Assembly: GCF_001194135.2 (NCBI RefSeq)
Contig: NC_068987.1
Coordinates: 83,029,870-83,093,869, forward strand
Length of the DNA: 64,000 bases
Origin: Octopus bimaculoides
Lineage: Eukaryota
Direction: 5' to 3'
Part shown: in pieces, positions 36,501-48,655 of the stretch
Position numbering within the stretch: the stretch's first letter is position 1
Layout: the number at the start of each line of letters is the position of its first letter
Position numbers and translations under genes: made by a program
The notes under the pieces: model-generated
Databases searched by the model: none
Told to the model about the DNA's origin: nothing
The model's input: the letters and a program-made list of their open reading frames with translations, nothing else

Positions 36501-38444
36501 GTGAGTATTATAGTATTATATGTGTTTTAAAAGGAATTGGATTTTATTATGAATATGAAATGAGCTTTAGAAAACTAATTCATGTTTGAAATAAGAATGG
36601 TTAGATTATAAAAGAAAGAATATTTTTACTTGAAATAGATTTGATTCAAATTTGTAAATATTTGGTAACTTTATGGATTTTTTAAAGTTGTATAAGCTGC
36701 AGTTCAGGCAATCCATTTGGGAGAGCAGAAGCTGAATAAAATCGATGCAGTATTGTTGTCAACCTTTCTGTTGCTGATGGCATGGTAAAATACACTCAGT
36801 CCATGCTATCAAGTGATTGGTGGTAGGAAGGGCATACAGCCATGGAGAAAAATACATGAGACAAAAGCAAAGTTGTTTCCATTGACAATGGAACAGGACA
36901 AGTGATAATATATTGTAAAATGGAATGAGATTATTGGGCACAGTGCAACACGGTGAGCTGTCAGAATCATTAGGACACTGGGTGAAATGCTTAGCAGTAT
37001 TTCAACTGCCTCTACGTTCTGAGTTCAAATTCTGCTGAAGTCGACTTTGCCTTTCATCCTTTTGGGATTGATAAATTAAGTAGCCGTGAAACACTGGGGT
37101 TGATGTAATCGACTAGTCCCCTCCCACCAAATTTCAAGGCCTTGTGCCTTCAGTAGAAAGGATTATTGGGTACAGGTGTTTGGGTGCAGACAATTTGGTA
37201 CAGCTTATTGAAGGTACAACTTGTTTTGGTGACCACTTTTTGGAGCTCGAGGCGAACACGCACTTTCAGAAATATACACAGAGAGAGAGAAACGGTGGCA
37301 TTTCCAATTTATTAATTGAACACAGTAGACACAAACACTTTCCATCTCTTCTTTCACCTCAGGTGAAATATGCTCACTTGCATAAAAAGTCATTAAAATG
37401 AGTGAAACATTAAACCATCTGATGGCAAGTAAGTCAGCATCAAATCAGCATTGTCAAAGAAGCAATGCCAAAATGGCTGTACTAAAATATGGCAAGCCTG
37501 TTGTAAGACCTATTGAACCTGTAACAGCCAATAAAAACAGATATCAAACAATGATGTTGATGCTTTATTTTTCTGGGCTCTTATGAAAAACTTAATCATC
37601 GTCATCATCATCATTTAATGGCTGCCTTCCAAGCTGGCATGGGTTGGATGGTTTGACAGGAGCCAGCCAGGTAGAAGACTACATCAGGCTACTGTTTGGG
37701 CAGGGTTTTTATGACTGGATGCTCAGCCTAACACCAATCACCCTGTACAATAGACTGAGTGCCTTTTACATGGCACCAGCACAGGCAAGGTCAGTTTTGT
37801 CTTGGTTTTTACAGCTGGATGCCCTTCCAAATGCCAACCACTTCACAGTGTGAACTGGATACTTTTTATGTGGCACCAGCACTGACAGGGTCACCAAGTA
37901 ACTTGCAAGACAAAGAACCTTTTAGAGGGGAGGGGGCATTGGAGGAGGTGATCTTGTGTCAGATGATGAAAAGTTATAGTGAGACAGAGAGGTAGAAAGA
38001 GGTGTTTTGCTATAGGTACATAGTTACCTGGTCAGGGAGGAAGAGAGAGAGAGTGGTAACAGGGAGGGGGACAGAAACAGGTGTGCTGCTGTAGAGGAGA
38101 CACATGGTTACGCAGCCAGTGGGAAGAGAGAGAGAGAGAGAGAGTGGAAGACAACAAGAGAGAGCAGGAGAGAGATGATGGTGAAGTGCCAGGGTATACT
38201 GACAAGGAATTGGATTCAGAGCATAGATGGGATGGTAGAGTAGGGAAGAGAGAGAGATAAATGGTGGTAATTTCCAGGACATGCCCTCAAGGTATGGGGA
38301 CATAATATTCATGGCCAGGTATTGCCAAAGAGGCATGGGTAAGGAGTGAGGTTGGGGATTGCAGTGACTGGTAAGAACCTGGGTATAAAGAGGGGGTCGG
38401 GAAAGAAGTGATACAGTGAGCAGGGCAGTGAGGGCTTATTCTTA

Positions 38445-39240
38445 GAGCAAGTTTTGAAGAGCGCAGTTTGATTTTAACAGTTATTCTTTCAATGCTATAA
38501 TGGAATCGAAAAAGGAGCATATTCAGCATATTTTGCTTTATGGGTCCAATAAAGGCAACAATACAAAGGAAAGTGACAGGAATTTTAATACGATATATAT
38601 GGGGATGGGACAATAAGCATAAGCCAGTGTCAACGGTGGCTCCAGAAATTCTGAGCTGTAAACTACAGCCTAAAAGACTAGCCTCATCCTGAAGATCTGT
38701 AGAGCTCGACAAGGACGTCCTGCAAACCCTGGTGGAACAAAATCCCACCGTAGCTGTTGAGGAACTAGCAGAGAAGCTTGGATTTGGTCATTCAACCAAT
38801 TATTCAAGTCAGCACTAGAAGAAAAACAACCATCTTTGGTTTCAAAATGAAAGGTGTTCTTCCATCAGGATAAAGCTTGGCCACATACAGCGAGGATAAC
38901 ATTCCAAAGGCTGGAGCAGTTTAAATGGGAAACGATGCCCCACCCACCATATTCACTGGACATTGCCCCATCTGATTATCATTTCTTCTGCAGTTTTCAA
39001 AATCATTTGGATGGGAAAAATATGAATTCTGTAGACAAGGTCAGAACAGTACTGGAGGAGTACTTTTTGTCACGGACAAGTGAATTTTGGAAAAGGAGCC
39101 TTTGCTAGTCTACCAGATTGATATAAGAGGATTGAAGAAAATGAAGGAGAGTTTATTTTAGATTAAAAAAGAACTTTGTTTATCTTAATTTTGAAAAATA
39201 AAAGTATAAAAAACTGCATTATTTATGGGATGAGTCAATA
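38445..39240 (+). mobile_element. Degenerate mariner element, same family as 688-1788, lacking the left end and with a different internal deletion
   Basis: Track ORF 38854..39108 reads FFHQDKAWPHTAR...PHPPYSLDIAPSDYHFF. The right TIR ends gcattatttatgggatgagtcaata at 39240. Confidence 0.9.
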
Positions 39241-39279
39241 TTTGTTTTCAAATGCTAGAGGGCTGTGATATATCTTCTT

Positions 39280-39660
39280 GTTTTTTTGCCCTTTGCTTTA
39301 GTCATTGGACTGCTGCCATGCTGGGGCACTGCCTTGAATGGTTTTGGTGAACATACCAATCCCAGTATGTTCTACGACTGGTACTTATTCTATCAGTTTC
39401 TTTCGCTGAACTGCTATGGGGATATAAACAAACCAATACCAGCTATCAAGCAGTGTGTGTGAGGGGAACAAACACAAAACACACACACACGCACACATGC
39501 ACGGCAGGATTCCACATAGTTTCCATTAATCAAATCCACTCACAAAGCATTTATTGGTCCTGGGCTATAGTAGAAGACACTTGCTGAAGGTGTTGCACAG
39601 TAGGACTGAACCCAAAACAACATGCTTGCAAAGGGAGTCTCTTAACCACACAGCCATCCC
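39280..39660 (-). mobile_element. SINE family A variant abutting the mariner relic
   Basis: ctttagtcattggactgctgccatgctgggg...ttaaccacacagccatccc. Confidence 0.8.
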
Positions 39661-40014
39661 CCAAAATGCTTTGTCCATGTTAACTAAAGAATTGTCTAAA
39701 TTATTTCAAGTATAATTTCCCTCCTTTTACCCACCAAATTGCTGTTAATAAAGAAAGATTTGAAACTCAGTAAATTCAAGAGTTGTGGATTTAGTAAGTA
39801 ACCTAACAATCTTTATATTTTATATTAAATTCAATAAACTGATAACCCCCAGTGGTAACAAGTCGCCAAACATAAACAAATATATCAAATGCTGAAAAGC
39901 TATGGAAAGTTAGGTCGATAAACTGAATGAGCTTTGTTAAATTGATGTATTATTTCTGATTATAAACAGAAGTAATTTATAGTAAATATTTTTTTTCTTT
40001 CTCTATTCTGAAAG

Positions 40015-40143
40015 CTTTTGTTCAAGACTATCTGAGAGAAAATGGTTGTTTAAAGTTTATATTGAATATATTCACTTCAAACAGCAACTCTCAAATAAAA
40101 GAGGCTACAATGTTCTGCTTGGCTTGTGCAATAGATCAAAATG
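40015..40143 (+). CDS. TERB1: TERB1 exon: FVQDYLRENGCLKFILNIFTSNSNSQIKEATMFCLACAIDQN(V), ARM repeat
   Basis: Acceptor ttttctttctctattctgaaag|, donor |gtaagt, 129 nt, phase 1 to 1. Parallels recalled human SVYFREIGGLMFVKNLAKSSEHSMVKEAALYTLGAIAEKNV. Confidence 0.9.
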
Positions 40144-40899
40144 GTAAGTTATATTTCTATATTTCTTGTTTGAGATTTGGTGATGATATTGAACAAAAAA
40201 AAATTGTAAGAGTATATTGTTTCATATTAATCTGTTCATAGAAATATATTTTAGTGCTCAACAGAAAACTATATACATGATGGTTCAGTAAGAAATGTTA
40301 CAGAGAAAATATGTATTAACATAGGTTAGCCAGTCAGAGAATTTCTGTTTTGTTATTCAAATAAACCACCTACATGTTTACTTGACCTTCTAAAAATAGC
40401 AGCCATATCGCCTTCAAGCTTCACCCTTCTGTCTTTATACTGGCACTCCGTTGGTTACGATAATGAGTGTCCCAGTTGATCCAATCAACAGAACAACCTG
40501 CTCATGAAATTAGCATGCAAGTGGCTTAGCACTTCACAGACACATGTACCCTTAATGTAGTTCTCTGGAAGATTCAATAAGACACAATGTGACAAGGTTG
40601 GTCCTTTGAAATACAGGTACTACTCAGTTCTGCCCGTTGAGTGGACTGGAGCAGTGTGAAAGGAAGTGTCTTGCTCAAGGTACAAAATATGTTGCTGGAT
40701 ATCGAACTCCCAACCTTACAATCATGAGCTAAATATCCTAGCCATTAAGCTACGTGCCTTTATAATGTTTGAATATACTGGATAACTTATTCCTGAATAT
40801 AATATTTCAAGAAAAAGATTAAGAATGAATTTTGCTAGAATGCCTGTTGGATGAAAAGTTCTTTCACAGAAAACCATAATTGTAATATGAAGAGAAAAT

Positions 40900-41215
40900 C
40901 TTTTTTACTCAGCACACGTAAGCAAAAGCAGGGTGTTGTAGTCGCTCATCTTTGTCTGTGTGTTTGCAAAATTACTGGAAATTGGCTTAACAGATTTTCA
41001 CCAAATTTGAAAGAAATACTCATTGCGTGAGTGGCTCAAACTCATTAAATTTTGATTTGATTATCTTCAAAACTGGCAGACGTGTGAATCAAAACTTTTG
41101 ATGTCATTTTGTTGAAATATGAATTTGTCTGAAAATATATTTATTAAATTAAATTTTATTTTATCCTTCTGTGTGTGCAAGGTGTGCATCACCCCTCCAA
41201 TGCGTTTTTTTCATT
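40900..41215 (+). mobile_element. Possible Helentron/DINE-1-like non-autonomous element
   Basis: tttttactcagcac...ctttgtctgtgtgtttgcaaaattactgg...gattttcaccaaatttg, with a T-rich end. This layout is recalled from DINE-1/HINE elements and was not verified. Confidence 0.35.
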
Positions 41216-41677
41216 TAAATGTGTTTTGATTATTTTATTGCTTTTATTAGTTGTCTGCCACAAACTGCTATATGTTCTTGTCAGTTATATTTAAAGAGAA
41301 ATAGAAATATATATATATGAAACCTTTTATAAAGATCATAACCAAGAATGCCCAAATACTGCATTTGATGTGGTGAGCATATTTACGGTAAGTCCAATGA
41401 TTGGTGCATCGTAAAAAATTTGCATCACAACAGTGAAAAGTCCAATTTGTCATGATCAAAGTAGAAAAAGGGCTAAGTTTCCATAACCACACTAAAATAC
41501 CAATTAATAACATTGTGGATGTGTTAATTTTGTGCTTAAAAACAATGAACTTACAGATTAAAAGTGAAATGTATCCACATAGCCAGTGCAGTCAGTAAAC
41601 CCTGACGAGAGCTGAGTATGGCTGTTAAATAACTTGAAACTGTTTCAAAGTCATGTTATTTCTAAATCCAAACATTA

Positions 41678-41907
41678 CTCTCTCTTTACTCTTTTACACT
41701 TTTCAGTCATTTGACTGCGGCCATGCTGGAGCACCGCCTTTAGTCGAGCAAATCGACCCCAGGACTTATTCTTTGTAAGCCTAGTACTTATTCTGTCGGT
41801 CTCTTTTGCCAAACTGCTAGGTGACGGGGGCGTAAACACACCAGCATCGGCTGTCAAGCAATGCGAGGGGGACAAACACAGACACACAAACATACACACA
41901 CACACTG

Positions 41908-41956
<49 letters not shown>

Positions 41957-42120
41957 CGACCAGCTTCTTTCAGTTTCCATCTACCAAATCCACTCACAAG
42001 GCTTTGGTCAGCCCGAGACTATAGTAAACGACACTTGCCTAAGATGCCACGCAGTGGAACTGAACCCAGAAGCATGTGGCTGCTAAGCAAGCTACTTACC
42101 ACACAGCCACTCCTGCACCT
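41678..42120 (-). mobile_element. SINE family A, full-length, in a TERB1 intron
   Basis: Colinear with 4874-5290. Confidence 0.9.
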
Positions 42121-45100
42121 ATTATTTCAGGTATTTTGAATTAGAAACAGTAAAGACTCAAGGTTGCATTGTTACATAGCTTTCAAAAAATATCTAATTC
42201 TAGAGAAAATTTCAGAAACAATTTTTATTTTTAATTTGAGAAGTGAAATAAATTTAACTTTAATTTCATTGTCATGTTGTCACATAAGAAGCACTTGTGC
42301 TGGTCCCACATATAAAGCCCCCATGCTGGTTCCACATATAAAGCACTGGTGCTGGTGCCTCGTAAAAAGCATTCAGTACATCCTGCAAAGTGGTTGGTGT
42401 GAGGAAGGGGATCCTGCTTTAGAAAACATGCCAAACCAGACGAGTGGAACCTGGTGCAGCAGTTCTCCAGCTGGCCAGCTCCTGTCAAACCATCCAACCC
42501 ATGCCAGCATGGAAAACGGACATTAAATGATGATGATGGATTTTATGATTCAAAGGCCTGTGTACTGTGGACCATAAAAAGAATAGACAAGAAAGGCTGT
42601 TTTACAGGATGAAAACTTTTCTCACCCTGTATTGTTTTACATAAAAAGTTACATCTCTCCTTGACAGGCTGCTTTCACTTTAGCTGATTTACAATGAATA
42701 AATAAATAAATATTATATAAAATCAAAGAGACAGTATTTACAATAGATAAAGAGATAAATAAATAGATAGACCTGGTGCCAACAGGAAATTACCCAAACA
42801 AGAGCTGAATTAAAAATGATTAGTAATGGCATATCATCTTAATAAAAATAATATTTTAGAAAGATATCTTATTTATGTCAATCAAAAATTTCCTAGTTTT
42901 TCCGAACTGAAATATTATCGCTAATAAAAAAATCATATCTAATAAAAGTCTATGAAATAAAGTAATAAATTTTTGTAAAAAATGTTCTACTTAACAAATA
43001 TTGATTTCAGATTTTACGAAAGAAACTATCAGGACATTACTTCCTTCACTGCTGCCATTGATCAGATGTCTAAATTTTTCTTTCCTTAATAGCACTTGTT
43101 TTTTTTTTTTCTAATGTGAAGTTCCAGAGAAAATCTAACAAGTTATAATTGCCTCCCTGGAGGCAGAATAGTAAGATAATAAAATATTTAAAAGTCTTAA
43201 TACAAGAGACAAGATAGATATTTACTTATAGGATTATAATTTCACCTCTAGAAATGAACATCTTTTTTTAGTATATAGATTTACACATCATTATCATTTA
43301 ACATACATGTTCTATGCTGGCATGGGTCGGACAATTTTACAGGATTTGATGGGTCCAAAGACTGCATTGTTTAACAGTGTCTACATTGGCAGGGTTTCTA
43401 CAGTTGGATGTCCTTCTTAACACCAACTACTGGGTGCTTTTTCATGCCACTGGCACTAGTGAGGTCACCATGCAGCCCAAGGCAATTGGGGGCAGGTTTA
43501 TGCTAAGAAATGAGGGATAAGGTTGTGATCATGGTCTTCAGGTGCCTTATTCCTGGATTTGTAGGCTATGATTAATAATGTTCTCTTCCATGATGCTACT
43601 ACAAGTAAAAACACCACTTTCTTTCTTCCTTTTGTCACCCTCAGATGACGGACAAGACCTGAAATGTCAGACCCTATAGTTATCACAGCTCATGGGTTTT
43701 AACTATCATAAATTTTATTATATGGCAAATGATATTCATGCATTTCACAATAAGAGATGGGAGATGAAACAGTCACTAAGCCTTCTAGTAAAATATCTAC
43801 AGAAAGAAATCATACTAGTCAATAGACTAGCAAGCTTGCTTGCTTGCTATACTGCATTGGGGAATCATTTACAGAATTGATTTGCTTCTTGCAACATGTT
43901 GCATGACCACAACTGATGATGACTAATCAATGAACTTCATTAATCCTTTCAAATGTATAATATGAAACTTTGTTTAAATTCAATCCTTAATTATTTCGGA
44001 AACATGCAAACTTAAACCATAAAATATATAATCATGCAACTAATCTCCTCCCCACCACTTCCCTAAAATTGCTGGCCTTGTGCCAAAATTTGAAGCCATT
44101 ATTATTACTATTATCTTAATGCTATTTATTGTGATGGAACAAATAGATGGTAACATGCTGAGTAGTAATTAATTTTGTTGATTAATGACCAAGTTCAAAT
44201 CCTGCCTGTCAGCTTTGGCATTGCATTTTAACCCACTATTTGTCTGCAGGAAATATTTACCCTGTCTATTCTGTAATGTGGTTGGCATTAGGAAAGGCAT
44301 TCAGCCGTAGAAACCATGCCAAAGCGGGAATGGAACCTGGGCAGTTCCTGTCAAACCGACCAACTCATGCCAGCATGGAAAATGGACGTTAAATGATGAT
44401 CGGGATTCAGTTCATCAGATTACAGCTGCTCCAACACATCATCTGTGTATGTGTAGGTACAAATTATGTTATGCAATAACAGTTTATATAGGGTTAAGGG
44501 GGTCACCAACTGATTGAGATGCCCCACTATCCAAGTAGCACTGTGAGCAACGACAAAATTAGCATTTTTTCCTTAGTATAGAGGAGATTTCATTTTACTT
44601 CTAATAAACTTTGTCCTGGAAATATATTAGATTAAATAAAAGTCTAAGATTTCTTGCAAAATTTGAGTGTCGAGGTATTCCAAATAGACATAAATTTAGT
44701 TCTCTATTCCTAGTTTAAGTTCTTTGGAATGAATTCAAAATCCATTTGTTACTTAATAGCAAATTGACGAGTAATTAAGTTAAATTTATCAAGAAATTCT
44801 AAACCCAAATTGGGATTCATTTATTCTGGATTCATTTATTCCAAGGTTTCAAGTAAATGCAAATAATTACTTGAAATTTCAGTGATGGGAAATTTAACCA
44901 ATGCCAGTATGGAAAATTGATGATAAATGATTGTAGCATTCTGTCAGTTACGACGACAAGGGTTCCAGTTGATCTGATCAATGGAACAGCCTGCTCATGA
45001 AATTAACGTGCAAGTGGCTGAGCACTCCACAGACACGTGTACCCTTAACGTAGTTCTTGGGGATATTCAGCATTAAAGATAATAGGAATGTAGGAGAAAT

Positions 45101-45480
45101 TTCAAGATAGAGAAGAGCTTTGATTTAAATCAAACCTTCTTAGATTACAGCTTAAAATATTTTATCAATATGGTCAATTTGATGAGACCTTTACAAAGAT
45201 AAATAACTATAAAGCTATCAGACTCAGTTTAATTTAAACGAAATAGAGAAAATAGAATGACAGTGAGAATTGAATGTATGATAATTCTTAATTGTACTCA
45301 CACAGATCATCAAATATTGTAATCAGTAATCTTCTAGATCAGTGGTTCTCAACCATTTTGTTTTACCTAGGGACCCCTTTCTTTACTATTCTACTCTGGT
45401 GGAATCCTGTTTCCATTCGATGCATTAAAAACTACATTATTTACATTGGACAGATATGTGTCCTCATATTGTTTGTTGTT

Positions 45481-45526
45481 ACCTCAACATTTCGGCTGGT
45501 TTGCTCTCCAGCCTTCATCAGGTGTC
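45481..45526 (-). ncRNA. Type I minimal hammerhead ribozyme motif, left arm copy
   Basis: The minus strand reads GACAC-CTGATGA-A-GGCTGG(agagcaaa)CCAGCC-GAAA-TGTT-GAGG. Stem II is 6 bp; TGTT is the complementary CpG decay of CGTT. Confidence 0.65.
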
Positions 45527-45886
45527 CTGGTAGAATTTTTAACCCAGCCCTGGGTTCTCATTCCTAAGGTACTTTTTTTTTTGCTGATGTATGGTATTAT
45601 TTATTCAAGGTACTGCCTGGAATTGAACTCACAATCTTGGGGTTAGTAGCCCGTGCTGTTAACCATTACGTTATATGCCTGTGGGCAATTATAGATCTAT
45701 AATTGGCCACGGGCATATAGCGTAATGATTAAGAGCACGGGCTACTAACTCCAAGATTGCGAGTTCAATTCCAGGCAGTACCTTGAATGAATAAATAAAT
45801 AAATAATAATAATAATAATAATGATAACACCAGCAACAAAATACCTTAGGAACGAGAAACCAGGGTTGGGTTCAAAATTCTACCAG

Positions 45887-45932
45887 TACACCTGATGAAG
45901 GCTGGAGAGTAAATCAGCCGAAACATTGTGGT
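45887..45932 (+). ncRNA. Type I minimal hammerhead ribozyme motif (Penelope-like-element type), probably decayed
   Basis: CAC-CTGATGA-A-GGCTG(gagagtaaat)CAGCC-GAAA-CATT-GTG. Core CUGAUGA at 45892-98, a 5-bp stem II, GAAA at 45920-23 and stem I CAC/GTG. Stem III CATT is a CpG-decay form of CGTT. Confidence 0.7.
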
Positions 45933-46790
45933 TACAAACAAGAGGAGGGCACATATCCGTCCAATGTAAATAATGAACAGAATTCTTCATCTATGAAACA
46001 GAGAACAGCTTTAAAAACTAGTTTTACAGATACTTCTTTCAAAATTCCTATTTTGTTTTTCATGAAGAAAGAAACCTAGTTGTGTCTTGCAATAACTATG
46101 TCGAAAGCAAACTTTTTTAATGGACTTTTAAAATACTGTAGATCCCCAATTCACTATTTTGCTTGTGCAGACCCCTAAAAATCTTATATGGATCCTGGTT
46201 GAGAACCATTGTCTTAGAGGATGGGGCTTCTAAGGCAATGATTAAAATTAGTAAATGGTTAACAAGTGTATCCTTGCTTGATTTCACAGCAGAAATGCTA
46301 AAGTTATTTTATATCACAACTACAGTTTCCATATATATATATATATATATATAATGTACTTGTGTCTGTGTTTGTCCCCTCCACCATCACTAGACAACCG
46401 ATGTTGGTGTGTTTATGTCCCCATAACTTATCAGTTCAGCAAAAGAGACTGATAGAATAAGTACTAGGCTCACAAAGAATAAGTCCTGGGGGTTGATTCG
46501 TTTGACTAAAAGCAGTGCTCCAGCCTGGCCACAGTCAAATGACAGAAACAAATAAAAAATTAAAAAGTAACCTAATTTTTGACAAAAAAGAGTTCCTTAT
46601 ATACATTAAAATACAGTATTCTATGCAAATATATGTTTATTTTGGTTTATGACTGAAAGGGATTACCTTTTTTGTATTATGTTTATTCCAAATTATTAAA
46701 TCTACTTCCAGAATAACTGTGCTGCTCTCTTATACCGTGACATTTATTTATTTTAATGTATTCATTTTCACTTATTTATTTATTTTGCAG

Positions 46791-46922
46791 TTGCTTCCCA
46801 AAAATTCATGACCACATCTATTGTCTTTGAACATTTAAGCAAAATACTGTCATCTGACATACATGCAAATAACTTACATCATACAGCGACATACTTCATC
46901 TCCTGCATAACAAATAACAACA
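46791..46922 (+). CDS. TERB1: TERB1 exon: ASQKFMTTSIVFEHLSKILSSDIHANNLHHTATYFISCITNNN(S)
   Basis: Acceptor ttatttattttgcag|, donor |gtaagt, 132 nt, phase 1 to 1. Parallels recalled human YCQQTLCTSELFEDLTWFLSNDSNINLKRMSVYVILVLVSNN. Confidence 0.88.
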
Positions 46923-47465
46923 GTAAGTAGATTATTTCTCACTTCAATCATTATTAGAGTCTTCTAAAGTCATTTCATTCTCCATCAAAACATTAATTAT
47001 TGCTCAATTTTTAAATGAATTCCACCTCACCCCCTGTAATACTATTCCCCACTTTCAGTTGAGAAGTTTTTGTCTTCCTTGCCTTGCACAGTACTTGTTG
47101 ACCTTGTCAGTGATAGCGCCACCTAAAAAGTACTGGTGCTAGTGTTATGTAAAAACACAAGTACACTCTATAAAGTGGTTGGCATTAAGATGGGCATCCT
47201 GCTGTAAAAACCATGCCAAAACAATACAATGGAGCCAGTTACGGCTCCCAGTCTTGCCAGCTCCTGTTAAACCATCCAATTCAAACCAGCATGGAAAACA
47301 AACATTAAATGCTGATGATGATGATGATATATACAGCTTACAAATATATTTGTCTTTGTTATTCTTGTCTTATTTCTGAACCTGAGAAGGACAGACAAAC
47401 ATACTTTTGAATTACTGTTCAATAAACAAAGTCAATCTGTATCTTATTACATATCCTACTTCTCT

Positions 47466-47467
<2 letters not shown>

Positions 47468-47510
<43 letters not shown>

Positions 47511-47585
47511 TTATTAATAAAGTACTGCAGCTCTTTGCCTTTCCACATTGGCGCTACTTACTCAATTTGCCCATTTACTATCATA

Positions 47586-47627
<42 letters not shown>
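47468..47627. repeat. (AAT)n and (TA)n microsatellites
   Basis: Direct reading (47468-47508 and 47586-47627). Confidence 0.9.
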
Positions 47628-47628
<1 letters not shown>

Positions 47629-48297
47629 TAGCTGAATGACCCAGTGTTACCTGGGTTACTGCTGTTCTTATTCAGATTAGTAAAAAATAAATATAAAGAT
47701 ATATTCTCATAATTATTTCAAAATATCTATATTTTATTAAAAAAATATCCAGATTGTAATGCTAATAGAATTTCAAACTGAAAATCTGTCAATGTTGAAG
47801 CACCTCAGGGTAAACAATATTGATTGTGTAATTTTTTGTTGGTGTCGAAATGAATAAATTATTATTGCTTCTAAGTTGCAAGCAAGCAACATAGAGTTGG
47901 CCGTGGGAGAAGCATGTAGTAGAAGGATCAAGTCCAACTACCTTGAGGGATTGACCCTGAGATTTGTTAATTGAAATATCAAAACTTAGTTTGACTGGAA
48001 ACTGAAGCAACTTAAATGGAACATTTGTAGGTATGAGAGGAATTTTTGGAATAAAGTGACTGTTGCCACTAGGACATGGAGAGCATCTTGGAGATGAACA
48101 TAATTTTTAGCCCTTTTAATTTTTAGCTTATTTCTGTCCCTGGATTTGCTGGATTGGATGCGTACAGAGCAGTGTAAGCATTGATGTCATGTTCAATTCC
48201 CAGTGGTTCGGCGGTTCAGCCCATCTTTTTTCACTCAATTATTTAGATATAGTCACTTTAAATGGAGCATATATTATATAATTACAGTTATTATATA

Positions 48298-48655
48298 TCA
48301 TCATCATTATCATTGCTGTTTAATGTCTACTTTCCATGCTGGCATGGGTTGGACGGTTTGACTGAGGACTGGTGAACCAGATGGCTACACCAGGCTCCAA
48401 TCTGATCTGGCAAAGTTTCTACAGTTGGATGCCCTTCCTAACGCCAACCACTCTGAGAGTGTAGTGGGTGCTTTTACATGCCACCAGCATGAGGGCCAGT
48501 CAGGTGAAACTGGCAACAACCACGCTCAAAAGGTGTTTTTTATGTGCTACCTGCACGGGAGCTAGTCTGGCAGCACTGGCAACAACCACGCTCGAATGTT
48601 ATTTTTCGTGTGCTTGTAAGGTGATGCTGGCAACGATCATGCTTGAATGGTGCTA
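48298..48655 (-). mobile_element. RTE LINE 3' UTR copy followed by (CA)n
   Basis: Same family, with the same breakpoint as 28755-29105. Confidence 0.8.

Larger units (their letters stand above)
45435..45975. mobile_element. Fold-back element: two head-to-head copies of a tRNA-headed, hammerhead-bearing short retroelement
   Basis: The arms are mutual reverse complements around the centre caattataga|tctataattg (45695/45696). Each arm runs outward as a tRNA-like head, a linker (with an (AAT)n tract in the right arm), a CTGATGA...GAAA core and a shared tail ending caatgtaaataatg. Confidence 0.85.
45340..46211. mobile_element. hAT-Charlie-like non-autonomous element hosting the fold-back insertion
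   Basis: TIRs cagtggttctcaacc (45340) and ggttgagaaccattg (46197-46211). Flanks ttctagat / tcttagag resemble the Charlie NTCTAGAN target. Confidence 0.65.
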
